This document shows, one piece after another, positions 29,588 through 37,374 of a stretch of 53,103 nucleotides of DNA (its first letter is position 1; the number at the start of each line of letters is the position of its first letter). The notes below the pieces were generated by a model that had not been told where the DNA came from, did not search any database, and worked only from the letters and a program-made list of their open reading frames with translations. Position numbers and translations under genes: made by a program. The stretch lies in NCBI GenBank assembly GCA_019894885.1, contig JAGXNP010000001.1, positions 1-53,103 of the forward strand, given 5' to 3'. The DNA comes from Promethearchaeota archaeon. Its GTDB lineage: Archaea; Asgardarchaeota; Lokiarchaeia; Sigyniarchaeales; SOKP01.

Positions 29588-29639
29588 AGTTAAATGATAT
29601 TCGAAAAACTTTATAAATCTTATGTTCGCACTATACTTC

Positions 29640-29657
29640 GAAGTTCGTTCGAACTTC
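29640..29657. promoter_or_regulatory. Perfect palindrome GAAGTTCG-TT-CGAACTTC in the divergent intergenic region (candidate operator)
   Basis: 8-bp inverted arms with a 2-nt spacer, about 55 nt upstream of the wHTH-TPR start codon and about 90 nt upstream of the first small ORF. Confidence 0.25.
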
Positions 29658-29747
29658 CTAAAGTTAAACTATATAAGAACTGCGAATTTACTAAAATTAA
29701 CAATAAAAAAAAGAACCTAAAAAAAAAAAGGAAAGAAGTGAAAAAAA

Positions 29748-30035
29748 ATGGCACAAGCGGCAGAAAAAAAAACCATTTGCAAAAAACACTTGAAGTGCGA
29801 CCTTCCAGCTTTAACCCAGAATCTAGCACCTGAGGGAATTCAATCTCAGGTGCTGGTTCTAACCACCGAAGGAGAGCGGGTTGAATCAAGTTTACGAACA
29901 AACAAGCTTTTGAGAGAGTTCAATAAAATTAGATATAACGCGAGGATTTCGGAAGAGAAAGTCTTGATAAGCAAGTATAAGTGGCAAGTAGACGCAAAGC
30001 TTCTTGGAGTTCGCAATTCCATGTTAATTTTCTAA
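29748..30035 (+). CDS. Candidate 95-codon ORF of unknown function (may instead be non-coding RNA)
   Basis: ORF track. It is preceded by a ~55-nt A-rich tract. It contains a 10-bp GC-rich hairpin and is locally richer in G+C than its surroundings. I recognised no family. Confidence 0.3.
   Translation: MAQAAEKKTICKKHLKCDLPALTQNLAPEGIQSQVLVLTTEGERVESSLRTNKLLREFNKIRYNARISEEKVLISKYKWQVDAKLLGVRNSMLIF
29825..29854 (+). other. Perfect 10-bp stem-loop AGCACCTGAG-N10-CTCAGGTGCT
   Basis: Read directly from the sequence. The stem is GC-rich in an AT-rich context, and it is followed by GGTTCTAACCACCGAAGGAGAGCGGGTTGAATC, which can also fold. Confidence 0.5.
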
Positions 30036-30119
30036 TCAAAAAAAAATTAAATTTTAAAACCAGGAAAAGAAAAAAGAAAGAATAAAAAACCAAAAATAAC
30101 AGAAAAGAGGTATAGCAAA

Positions 30120-30191
30120 ATGAGAAGAGAAGAAGAAGATGTAAGAGTAGTTGAAGGATTTAATCCGTCAAACTTAGTTTTTAGATTTTAA
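30120..30191 (+). CDS. Candidate 23-codon ORF (MRREEEDVRVVEGFNPSNLVFRF)
   Basis: ATG is preceded by GAGGT 11 nt upstream and an ~85-nt A-rich tract. It is too short for any homology judgement. Confidence 0.2.
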   Translation: MRREEEDVRVVEGFNPSNLVFRF

Positions 30192-30281
30192 TAACAATTT
30201 TTTTAAATTTTTGAATAAAACGCGCCAAAAATAAACTAAAAAAAGAACAAAAATAAACCAAAAAAAACGAGGTAAAAAAGT

Positions 30282-30359
30282 ATGGAAGCACACGAGAAAA
30301 GAACGATAATAATATTAAACGCGGGCTGTATTCCTGACCGTTTTGAAGTGTATTTGTAA
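30282..30359 (+). CDS. Candidate 25-codon ORF (MEAHEKRTIIILNAGCIPDRFEVYL)
   Basis: ATG is preceded by GAGGT 10 nt upstream and a ~65-nt A-rich tract. It is followed by a hairpin and a T7 run. Confidence 0.2.
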   Translation: MEAHEKRTIIILNAGCIPDRFEVYL

Positions 30360-30374
30360 ATACTGCATTTTTTT
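30350..30374 (+). terminator. Short hairpin (GTATTT-GT-AAATAC) followed by a T7 run, a candidate terminator for the small-ORF unit
   Basis: Read directly from the sequence. It overlaps the stop codon of the third small ORF. Confidence 0.3.
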
Positions 30375-30451
30375 ATTAATTATAATCATTAAACATTTGC
30401 GATTTAACGATAAATAATAAACATTCTTATATTAAAGAGAGGAATAATACT

Positions 30452-31021
30452 ATGAAAGAAGTATTATGTTTTATATATGATGGATTTGCTGATTTTGAAA
30501 CCGTGCTAACTTGTTCAGCCTTAAATGAACATGATAATTACAGAGTAACTTATATAGCATATGAGAAAACACCTGTTTATAGTTCTGGAGGATTAAAAAT
30601 TAATCCAGATAAAACAGTTTCGGAAATTGATGGTATAAAAGACGTTGAAGGTCTAATAATACCTGGGGGAGGCACAAGAATACTTAAACCAGAACTTGAA
30701 AAATTAATTAAACGATTAAATGAAGAAAAAAAATTGTTAGCTGCAATTTGTGCAGGACCAGAATTTCTTGCCAAAACTGGTATTTTAAACGGTAAAAAAT
30801 ATACAGCCTCTGCAGAACCCCAATCATATGAAGAGAAAAATGAGACAGATCCTTTTCCAAGAGACTCTTATGTAGAAACAAGAGTAATTCAAGATGGAAA
30901 TATAATCACTGCTAAGGGTCACGCATTCACAGACTTTGCTCTTAAAATTTGGGATTGGTATAATTTGTATGATAACGAGAAAGAAAAAGAAGATTTAAGA
31001 AAGGATTTTACTCCAGAGTAA
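30452..31021 (+). CDS. DJ-1/PfpI family protein (class I glutamine amidotransferase-like fold)
   Basis: Nucleophile-elbow context LLAAICAGPEFLAKTGILNGKKYT. Confidence 0.85.
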   Translation: MKEVLCFIYDGFADFETVLTCSALNEHDNYRVTYIAYEKTPVYSSGGLKINPDKTVSEIDGIKDVEGLIIPGGGTRILKPELEKLIKRLNEEKKLLAAICAGPEFLAKTGILNGKKYTASAEPQSYEEKNETDPFPRDSYVETRVIQDGNIITAKGHAFTDFALKIWDWYNLYDNEKEKEDLRKDFTPE

Positions 31022-31389
31022 GAGAAAAATACAGAGGATTCTTTAAAATTTAATTTTTATTTTTTATTTTTTACTCTCTATTTTTAGAGCAATTGCTGAT
31101 TTTGTAAACTCTTTATTTCATAACGCTTTAGAAAGACCCTCCAAACTCCCTACTATTTTTAAACTAACTCGAACACGTGAGTGGGTATGCTTAATTCCGC
31201 AGGAGGGTCAAATCGCGAGTAATCTAAGAATTGGGCATAATCGAACTATTCTTCGGGAGATTCTGTAATTATGATCTTTTCTTTTGTGATGACGATAGTT
31301 ATTTCACCTCTTCATACAATTTATAACCAGAACCATCGTTTGTATTTAAAAGAAAAATAGGAATTAATTAAAAAAGAGTGATTATATTC

Positions 31390-31722
31390 TTATAATGGTT
31401 CTGGTGCTTTCAAGCCAATCATTCCCAACGCTTCAGTAATCTTTAAGCGAACGACTATCTTGTATTTAAAACCCTCAATTCTTTGATATGGTACCATAGA
31501 TTCATATTGCACCATTAAAAACTTTTCTAAGTTTCCTTCTTTAACGTCTTGAACACCTATAACATCCATTCCTTCTGGTGTTGACAACACAGCATTAGGG
31601 ATAATTTCTTTTGCCAAACCTCTCGAAGCAACTCTAAATTTTTTATCCTCCTCAAGATATACTTTAGAAATTTCCTCTGCTTTATGTCCCGGAAAATATG
31701 AATGAATAAACACATATGGCAT
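31390..31722 (-). CDS. Hypothetical 110-aa protein
   Basis: ORF track. It is a clean ORF with normal composition and no recognised motif. Confidence 0.5.
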   Translation of the reverse strand: MPYVFIHSYFPGHKAEEISKVYLEEDKKFRVASRGLAKEIIPNAVLSTPEGMDVIGVQDVKEGNLEKFLMVQYESMVPYQRIEGFKYKIVVRLKITEALGMIGLKAPEPL

Positions 31723-32074
31723 TGTAGTTACCTCCTTGTTTTATTAATTATAAATTGGATAACAGTAATTAATTGGATATTTTACATTTAAGTTTTTACA
31801 ATTTTGTCGAGATAATCTGATCTTTGATCCAAAGGGTCTTTCCTTTTTCTTTTAAATTTCTTCAAACAAAAGAAAAACACCACAACAATATTTATTAGGT
31901 AACGAAGAAGAATTTTAAGCAAAGCATCACCATGAGATTAAGATTATGCTCAAAGGGCAATTCTTTCTGTATCTAACATATAATTGCGTAAAATATAATA
32001 TTAAGTGATTAAAAATACCAGCCACACCGCTACATTATCCAGTCGCATGGGGGATCTCAAAGTTAGACAAACGA

Positions 32075-32578
32075 TTGAATCTACCGGGTTTAATTGTTGG
32101 TTCATTTATACCCGATATTGAGGTCCCAATTTTAATCATTTTTTTTAATGGAGTTCTCCCAGATCATTTCATCTTGCATACTTTGATTGGCGCACTTACT
32201 TTAGGAACTCTTATTTCAACTTTGGTTACCATCATGCTGTATCCGATTTTAACTTCGTGGTTCTTTCGCCTCGATAAAGTTAAGGTAAAGGAAATATGTA
32301 GGTTAACCCTGGCTCTCGTGTTATCCTGTATGCTCGGAAATGTGTTCCATATTCTATTAGACATTCCAATGCATCCATTTAATCTTGTCCTGTGGCCCTT
32401 TGTAGATCCATATAGTATTGTTGGAATTTTAGTCCTTATCTTCGCCGTAGATGGGAATATAAGTTTGGGATTTTTAATTGCGAGGATTCTGAATTATGTG
32501 ATAATGGGGCTATCTATGCTTGCCATAGTAATCAAAAGCAGGAAAAATTTATGGGAGCTACTTCTGGTAGGAAAATAG
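32075..32578 (+). CDS. DUF4184/YdjM-like membrane-embedded putative metal-dependent hydrolase, apparently lacking a canonical start for its conserved N-terminus
   Basis: GSFIPDIEVP, HTLIGAL and HILLDIPMH motifs in a polytopic protein. The frame stays open upstream to 32009 and encodes IPATPLHYPVAW. Confidence 0.6.
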   Translation: MNLPGLIVGSFIPDIEVPILIIFFNGVLPDHFILHTLIGALTLGTLISTLVTIMLYPILTSWFFRLDKVKVKEICRLTLALVLSCMLGNVFHILLDIPMHPFNLVLWPFVDPYSIVGILVLIFAVDGNISLGFLIARILNYVIMGLSMLAIVIKSRKNLWELLLVGK

Positions 32579-32657
32579 GGTTTTAGTCTAGTTTTTTCGA
32601 TTAATTTATTAAAAAAAAAATGAAATTAAGTTTAGTTATTAAAATAACGCTCTTAAC

Positions 32658-33134
32658 TTACCAACAGCTTGGATCAAAAAATTCATTATACTTTTTCAAC
32701 CAATTAAAAATCGTGTATTTTGAGTAATCTTCAGTTATTTCTTCTCCGATTTGAATATCTCGTTGAGCTACTGAGCGTAAGCCAGTTCCATCTTCAGGTA
32801 ATCCCGAGTTAGGTTTAAACGAATGGTTAACATATCTATTATTGTCCAAAATGAAAATTAAAGCGTCGATATCACGCTCACAATATGAATAGTTGAGTAA
32901 TATAATCATAAAATTTTCGATTTGCGGCGATTTAATGGAGGTATCAAGTATAATGAATTGATCTTTAGTAATAATCATCACATCTTGCTCACGAGCATGC
33001 CACCAAACTGTTCCCTTAGGAATTAATTTTTTTGCAAACAATCCGAACCCATGAATTTTACTTGGTTTTACTACTGCATATTCTTCAATAGGATTAATTG
33101 AACTAGGATTGTATCGTATTACTATATCGGTCAT
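32658..33134 (-). CDS. SET-domain protein (putative protein lysine methyltransferase)
   Basis: HGFGLFA (GxG), RYVNHSFKPN (NHSxxPN) and GEEITEDY (ELxxDY) motifs in the canonical order. Confidence 0.8.
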   Translation of the reverse strand: MTDIVIRYNPSSINPIEEYAVVKPSKIHGFGLFAKKLIPKGTVWWHAREQDVMIITKDQFIILDTSIKSPQIENFMIILLNYSYCERDIDALIFILDNNRYVNHSFKPNSGLPEDGTGLRSVAQRDIQIGEEITEDYSKYTIFNWLKKYNEFFDPSCW

Positions 33135-33265
33135 TAAATTGTGTTAAGGTAAAAAGGTATTAATAGTTTGTATTTTACATTATTTCCGTTCTTATTATAT
33201 TCATAACATTTATATAATCTATTTAGGTATAATAGAGTGAATAACGGAACAAGGGGGGAATTAAA

Positions 33266-33438
33266 ATGGATTTCACAAAAATATATACGATGTTTCTAAC
33301 AATCGTAGGGCTTACGGCTCTGTTTGCGGTAGGGTACGTATTAGTAAGTTTTGGAAGTCTATTTTTTTAGCTCTTGGTATTACACTTTTGATTCCCGGGA
33401 TTGTCGGAATAGTTAAATCCCGAGCAGATAAGGAATAG
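33266..33438 (+). pseudogene. Small two-TM membrane protein split by a frameshift in a T7 homopolymer
   Basis: A GGGGGG SD-like run lies 8 nt before ATG. A 34-codon ORF ends in TTTTTTTAG. A one-T insertion would join it to LALGITLLIPGIVGIVKSRADKE*, giving a 57-aa hairpin membrane protein. Confidence 0.3.
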
Positions 33439-34002
33439 CTATTCTTTCTTCTGAATTATTCGCTCTCCAAGCTTATAGAAGTTATAATCGCCACCGGTGA
33501 CCCAAAGAATCGGATGTACTTTCCTCCAGTCAAGTTTGCCCTCAGTTAGGCATTGTGGGTCAGCATACGATTTAATAACCCGACCTATTATTCCTTCGTT
33601 AGGATTATAGTCAAGGATTTCGGTTACTTCGCACTCAATATTGATGGGACACTGAAAAATCATTGGAGCAGTTTTGAGTTCCCCATAAAATGTATCAAAG
33701 AGAGCACTCTTATCGATATCTCGCCCAGATTTCGTTCCACACAATTCAGTTTCTTTAATTAAATTTTCGGATGGAATATTGACGCTAAAAGTCATGTTCT
33801 CGTGAATTCCCTCTCTTGTATAACGCTTATTATACAAGCTGAAGAAAATATGTTTTCCAAAATTAAATGGACATATATATCCAATTACGAGATAATTTGG
33901 TTTTTTATTTACTTGAGCCCCTACTAAAGCGATGGGTAGTGGACTTAATATGTTACCTTGAACTTCCTTTTTGGTTAATTTATTTGCAGTCGTATCAACC
34001 AT
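33439..34002 (-). CDS. Flavin reductase-like (FMN-binding split-barrel) protein
   Basis: PIALVGAQVNKKPNYLVIGYICPFNF... pattern typical of the Flavin_Reduct domain. Confidence 0.8.
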   Translation of the reverse strand: MVDTTANKLTKKEVQGNILSPLPIALVGAQVNKKPNYLVIGYICPFNFGKHIFFSLYNKRYTREGIHENMTFSVNIPSENLIKETELCGTKSGRDIDKSALFDTFYGELKTAPMIFQCPINIECEVTEILDYNPNEGIIGRVIKSYADPQCLTEGKLDWRKVHPILWVTGGDYNFYKLGERIIQKKE

Positions 34003-34267
34003 CTTAAAATATAGAAAATATTTGATTCTTTAATTTATTTTTAAAGCAATTGGAAAGATTAACTTTTCGATATATATTTCTTTTTATTAAAGTAGAATAA
34101 ACAGGTTTATATTGAAAAATCTTGATTTTAAGACCGATTCTGTTTTTTTTTAGTTCGAACTATGCGTGAACTTCATGATTCGAAACTATTTATTGAATCT
34201 ATGGTATCAAATATTAAAGAAATAGACTTTAACTTATAAGAATATAAATTTCAAGGTTTTTTGAAGT

Positions 34268-35557
34268 ATGGAAGAATTACCAACAAAAAAATCGTTTAGG
34301 CATTACATTTATTTTATGGCTGGACAACAATTTTCGCTATTGGGTTCAGGAATTATTAGTTTTGTTATTACTTGGTGGATTACGATAGAAACGCAGAGCG
34401 TTCTTTATCTATCGTTAGCAACATTTCTAATATTTCTTCCTCAAGTAATTGTTTCTCCGTTTGCGGGAGTATTATCTGATCGTTTAAATCGTAAAACGAT
34501 AATTTTCACTGTAGATTCTTTGCAGGCGTTGCTAACATTTGGGTTATTTATAATCTTTTTTACTGGATTCACTCATATTTGGATGATATTGATAATTCAT
34601 ACATTTCGGAATGTGTTATATGCCTTTCAGGTGCCTACAGTTTACGCCATCCTTCCTTCTATGGTTTCGAAAGAAAAGATAAGTCGTATCAACGGAGCAG
34701 GTTTTGTATTCTCTGGCTTAATATTCATGATTGGTCCAGTACTATCCGCTCTACTATTGGAACTATTCCCTATAACCTATATTTTTTTAATCGATGTTGT
34801 AACATTCCTAATAGCAACGATTCCCTTGTTCTTAATTACAATCCCTTTCCAAGCTAAAGAAACAAAAGAAGATAAAGAAAAATCGTTTATGAGAGAATTT
34901 AAGGAGGGTTTCGTTGTTGTAAAGGCGATTCCAGGTCTTTTTAGTATGATCGTTTTTGCAATGATTTTTAACTTTGTCATTAGGCCTTTCGGAGTGCTCT
35001 GGCCCTACTTTATAAATGTATTACACGATGGTTCTGCGTTTCATCTTGCTTTCCTGTTTGGCTCAATCCAAGTAGGGAATGTGATTGGCTCTTTAATTAC
35101 ATCGATAAAGAAAGAGTGGAAGAACAAGATAAAGATTAATTTAATCGGAGAGATGGTCTTTTTTACGTTTTACTTACTGATCATCTTAGCGCCTTATCAA
35201 AATTTCTACCTAATGATGTTTGGCGCGTTTCTCGGAGCGATTATCTTTCCTATTACGATAGCTACTTACTTAACAATTTTACAGACCGTCGTCCCATCCG
35301 ATAAAATAGGGCGCGTTATGTCAATTGATCACACAGTATCTATGGCAATTGCTCCTATTGGTGCGTTATTAGTTGGACCGTTAGTAGGTTTAATGGGCGT
35401 TGTGAATCTCCTATTAGCCAGCGCAATTATTGGTATTATAAATCCGATTTTCCTATGGCTTTTTACAAAGATAAGATATTTGGATCGTCCGCAAGAACCA
35501 GAGTTAGAAGCTCCAGCGACACCAGAACTAATTGAATTAGAAACTAAAGAAATCTAA
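34268..35557 (+). CDS. MFS transporter (EntS/MFS_3-like)
   Basis: About 12 TM segments. Motif A is LSDRLNRKTIIF. Confidence 0.85.
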   Translation: MEELPTKKSFRHYIYFMAGQQFSLLGSGIISFVITWWITIETQSVLYLSLATFLIFLPQVIVSPFAGVLSDRLNRKTIIFTVDSLQALLTFGLFIIFFTGFTHIWMILIIHTFRNVLYAFQVPTVYAILPSMVSKEKISRINGAGFVFSGLIFMIGPVLSALLLELFPITYIFLIDVVTFLIATIPLFLITIPFQAKETKEDKEKSFMREFKEGFVVVKAIPGLFSMIVFAMIFNFVIRPFGVLWPYFINVLHDGSAFHLAFLFGSIQVGNVIGSLITSIKKEWKNKIKINLIGEMVFFTFYLLIILAPYQNFYLMMFGAFLGAIIFPITIATYLTILQTVVPSDKIGRVMSIDHTVSMAIAPIGALLVGPLVGLMGVVNLLLASAIIGIINPIFLWLFTKIRYLDRPQEPELEAPATPELIELETKEI

Positions 35558-35656
35558 TTTATTTTTCTATTTTTCTTATTCAAACAATATTTTTACTATT
35601 AAATTAACTCTTACGGTGTAAATAATTTTTTATAAGATTTTAGTAATAATAATATT

Positions 35657-36457
35657 ATGTTCGATGAGAAAGAATTAGGAAAAATAAATTCTGAATTTGA
35701 ACAGAAAAAGGATAGAGTTGTAGAGCTTCCCATTTTGGACTTTTTTAAAATAAATATCATAAGTTTCTTAGTCCCTCTCTACATCTGCTTAGGATTTTTT
35801 TTATTATTCGAGTATGGTTTTATAATTCCGCTTTCAATCCCTTTAGATATTCATCTATTAATACTCCCTGGATTTCTTTTAATTCTTTATTTCGTTTACC
35901 TTATTCTCTTAATTGAGTTTACAGCATTATGGACTCATAGATGGAATAAAAAATTTCCTCCTGTTGAAGGCGTGTTTAAAAGAGTTTTAGAAGATAAAGA
36001 TAGTAAGGAGAGTAAAATGATGAAATACTATCATAAACGAGGATTTATTATAAAATTTCCAATGTGGTTAACTTCGAAATCTCCGTTCCCATGGCTCGTT
36101 AATAGAGCTTTGCGGAGAATAAGCCACAATAAACTCGGGAAAAATGTTATTTATTGCGATGCTTACGTAGGATTAGAATTTACTGAATTAGGAGATAATG
36201 TGTTTATATACCCTACATCTGCGCTATCAAGCCATGCTGTAAATACAATATTTGGAAAAATTAGTATGATGAAAATAATAATGGGAAAAAATACGACGTT
36301 GTACCCTGGAATTATTATGGGTCCAAATGCTTTAACTACGGATAACAATGTGATTTTCCCAAACACGGTACTGCATAAAAATTGGCGAGGAAAGCCAGAT
36401 AAATTCTATTATCAAGGTAGTCCCGGGCGTCCTATAGATGTAGACCACATTAAATAG
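35657..36457 (+). CDS. Membrane protein with a C-terminal hexapeptide-repeat-like (left-handed beta-helix) region
   Basis: Two or three N-terminal TM helices. The C-terminal half has imperfect [LIV]-G-x4 periodicity (GKNVIY..VGLEFT..GDNVFI..GKNTTL..GPNALT). The functional call is weak. Confidence 0.45.
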   Translation: MFDEKELGKINSEFEQKKDRVVELPILDFFKINIISFLVPLYICLGFFLLFEYGFIIPLSIPLDIHLLILPGFLLILYFVYLILLIEFTALWTHRWNKKFPPVEGVFKRVLEDKDSKESKMMKYYHKRGFIIKFPMWLTSKSPFPWLVNRALRRISHNKLGKNVIYCDAYVGLEFTELGDNVFIYPTSALSSHAVNTIFGKISMMKIIMGKNTTLYPGIIMGPNALTTDNNVIFPNTVLHKNWRGKPDKFYYQGSPGRPIDVDHIK

Positions 36458-36630
36458 CTCTTGGCCTGTTCAATTTTAATTGTTGTAGAAATAATTACTT
36501 TCATTGTTTAGCCCCTTTTTTTAACATTATTGTAAAATAGATATATTAAGAAAACTTAATTTATATTGAAATCGATTAAAAATCGTAATAGACCACTATC
36601 CAATAAAATTAAGATATTAAGTAATTCTAA

Positions 36631-37344
36631 ATGTATCATATTCCAACTCCAGAAGCTCGTTCTTGTTTCGAGAAAGCAAGAGAGCTTAGTAAAATTAAAC
36701 AGTTCGATGAAGCACTATACTTTCTTGATGAAGCATTAAAATTCTACCCATCCTAAATTAATGTGTGGAATCATAAAGGTGTTGTCCTCTGTAAACTTGG
36801 AAAACCTAAAGAAGCACTTAGTTGTTTTGATAGAGCGATAGAAATAAAATCGAAATATATTTGAGCGTGGAATAATAAGGGTCAAGCATTTATTAAGCTT
36901 GGTAACCTTATGGAAGCTTTAGATTGCTTTAACTTTGTACTTAATATCAAACCAGAGAATGATACTAGTTGGAAGAATAAAGGGATGGTACTCGCTAAAC
37001 TAAGTAAATTTGATGAAGCTCTAGAATGTTTCAATACTGTTTTAACTCTTAGACGAAACTATGCTCAAATTTGGGAAAATAAGGGAAGTAATTTCTTGAA
37101 AAATAATGAAACTTGAAAAGCGAAATTATGCTTAGACAATGTAAAAAGAATTCTATGTAAAGATATTGATGTCATGCTCAATAAGAGTAATTTATTATGT
37201 GAGATGGGAAAGACAGAAGAATCGATTGAGTGTATTAATATTGCTTTAAAATTAATTCCAAATGACATCAATATATTAAATAAAAAGGAAGAAATTCTAG
37301 AAAAGCTTGGTAAAACGAAAATTAGACCTTCTGAATGCTATTAG
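36631..37344 (+). pseudogene. TPR-repeat gene interrupted by three in-frame stop codons with no frameshift
   Basis: A single frame from ATG 36631 to TAG 37342-37344 encodes about 6 TPR units (...AWNNKGQAFIKLGNLMEALDCFNFVLNIKPEN...). It carries TAA at 36754-36756, TGA at 36862-36864 and TGA at 37114-37116. The ORF track reports only the 36910-37116 piece. Confidence 0.6.
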
Positions 37345-37374
37345 TATGCTAAGTTCTTATTTTTTTTCTTATTA

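Noticed and set aside
29620-29901. 93-codon minus-strand ORF across the divergent intergenic region
   Set aside because: Its translation is dominated by poly-F/L/K (FFFLPLVPFFFTSFLFFFRFFFLLLILV), produced by reading the complement of the A-tracts. It would also overlap the promoter region of the wHTH-TPR gene.
29790-30030. Calling this locus an archaeal SRP (7S) RNA because of the helix-6/helix-8-like hairpins
   Set aside because: - G+C is far too low for a structural RNA in an AT-rich archaeon.
- A-runs of 8-11 nt flank it.
- I could not find an Alu-domain 5' region or a convincing long helix 5.
- The conserved AGCA is AGCG here.

It is kept only as a low-confidence structured-element finding.
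31130-31215. Inverted repeat GACCCTCC...GGAGGGTC and a T-loop-like GGGTCAAATC in the 368-nt intergenic region after the DJ-1 gene (possible tRNA or small RNA)
   Set aside because: Only 8 bp pair. No acceptor, D or anticodon arms can be drawn, and the interior does not fold convincingly. I could not support any RNA gene call.
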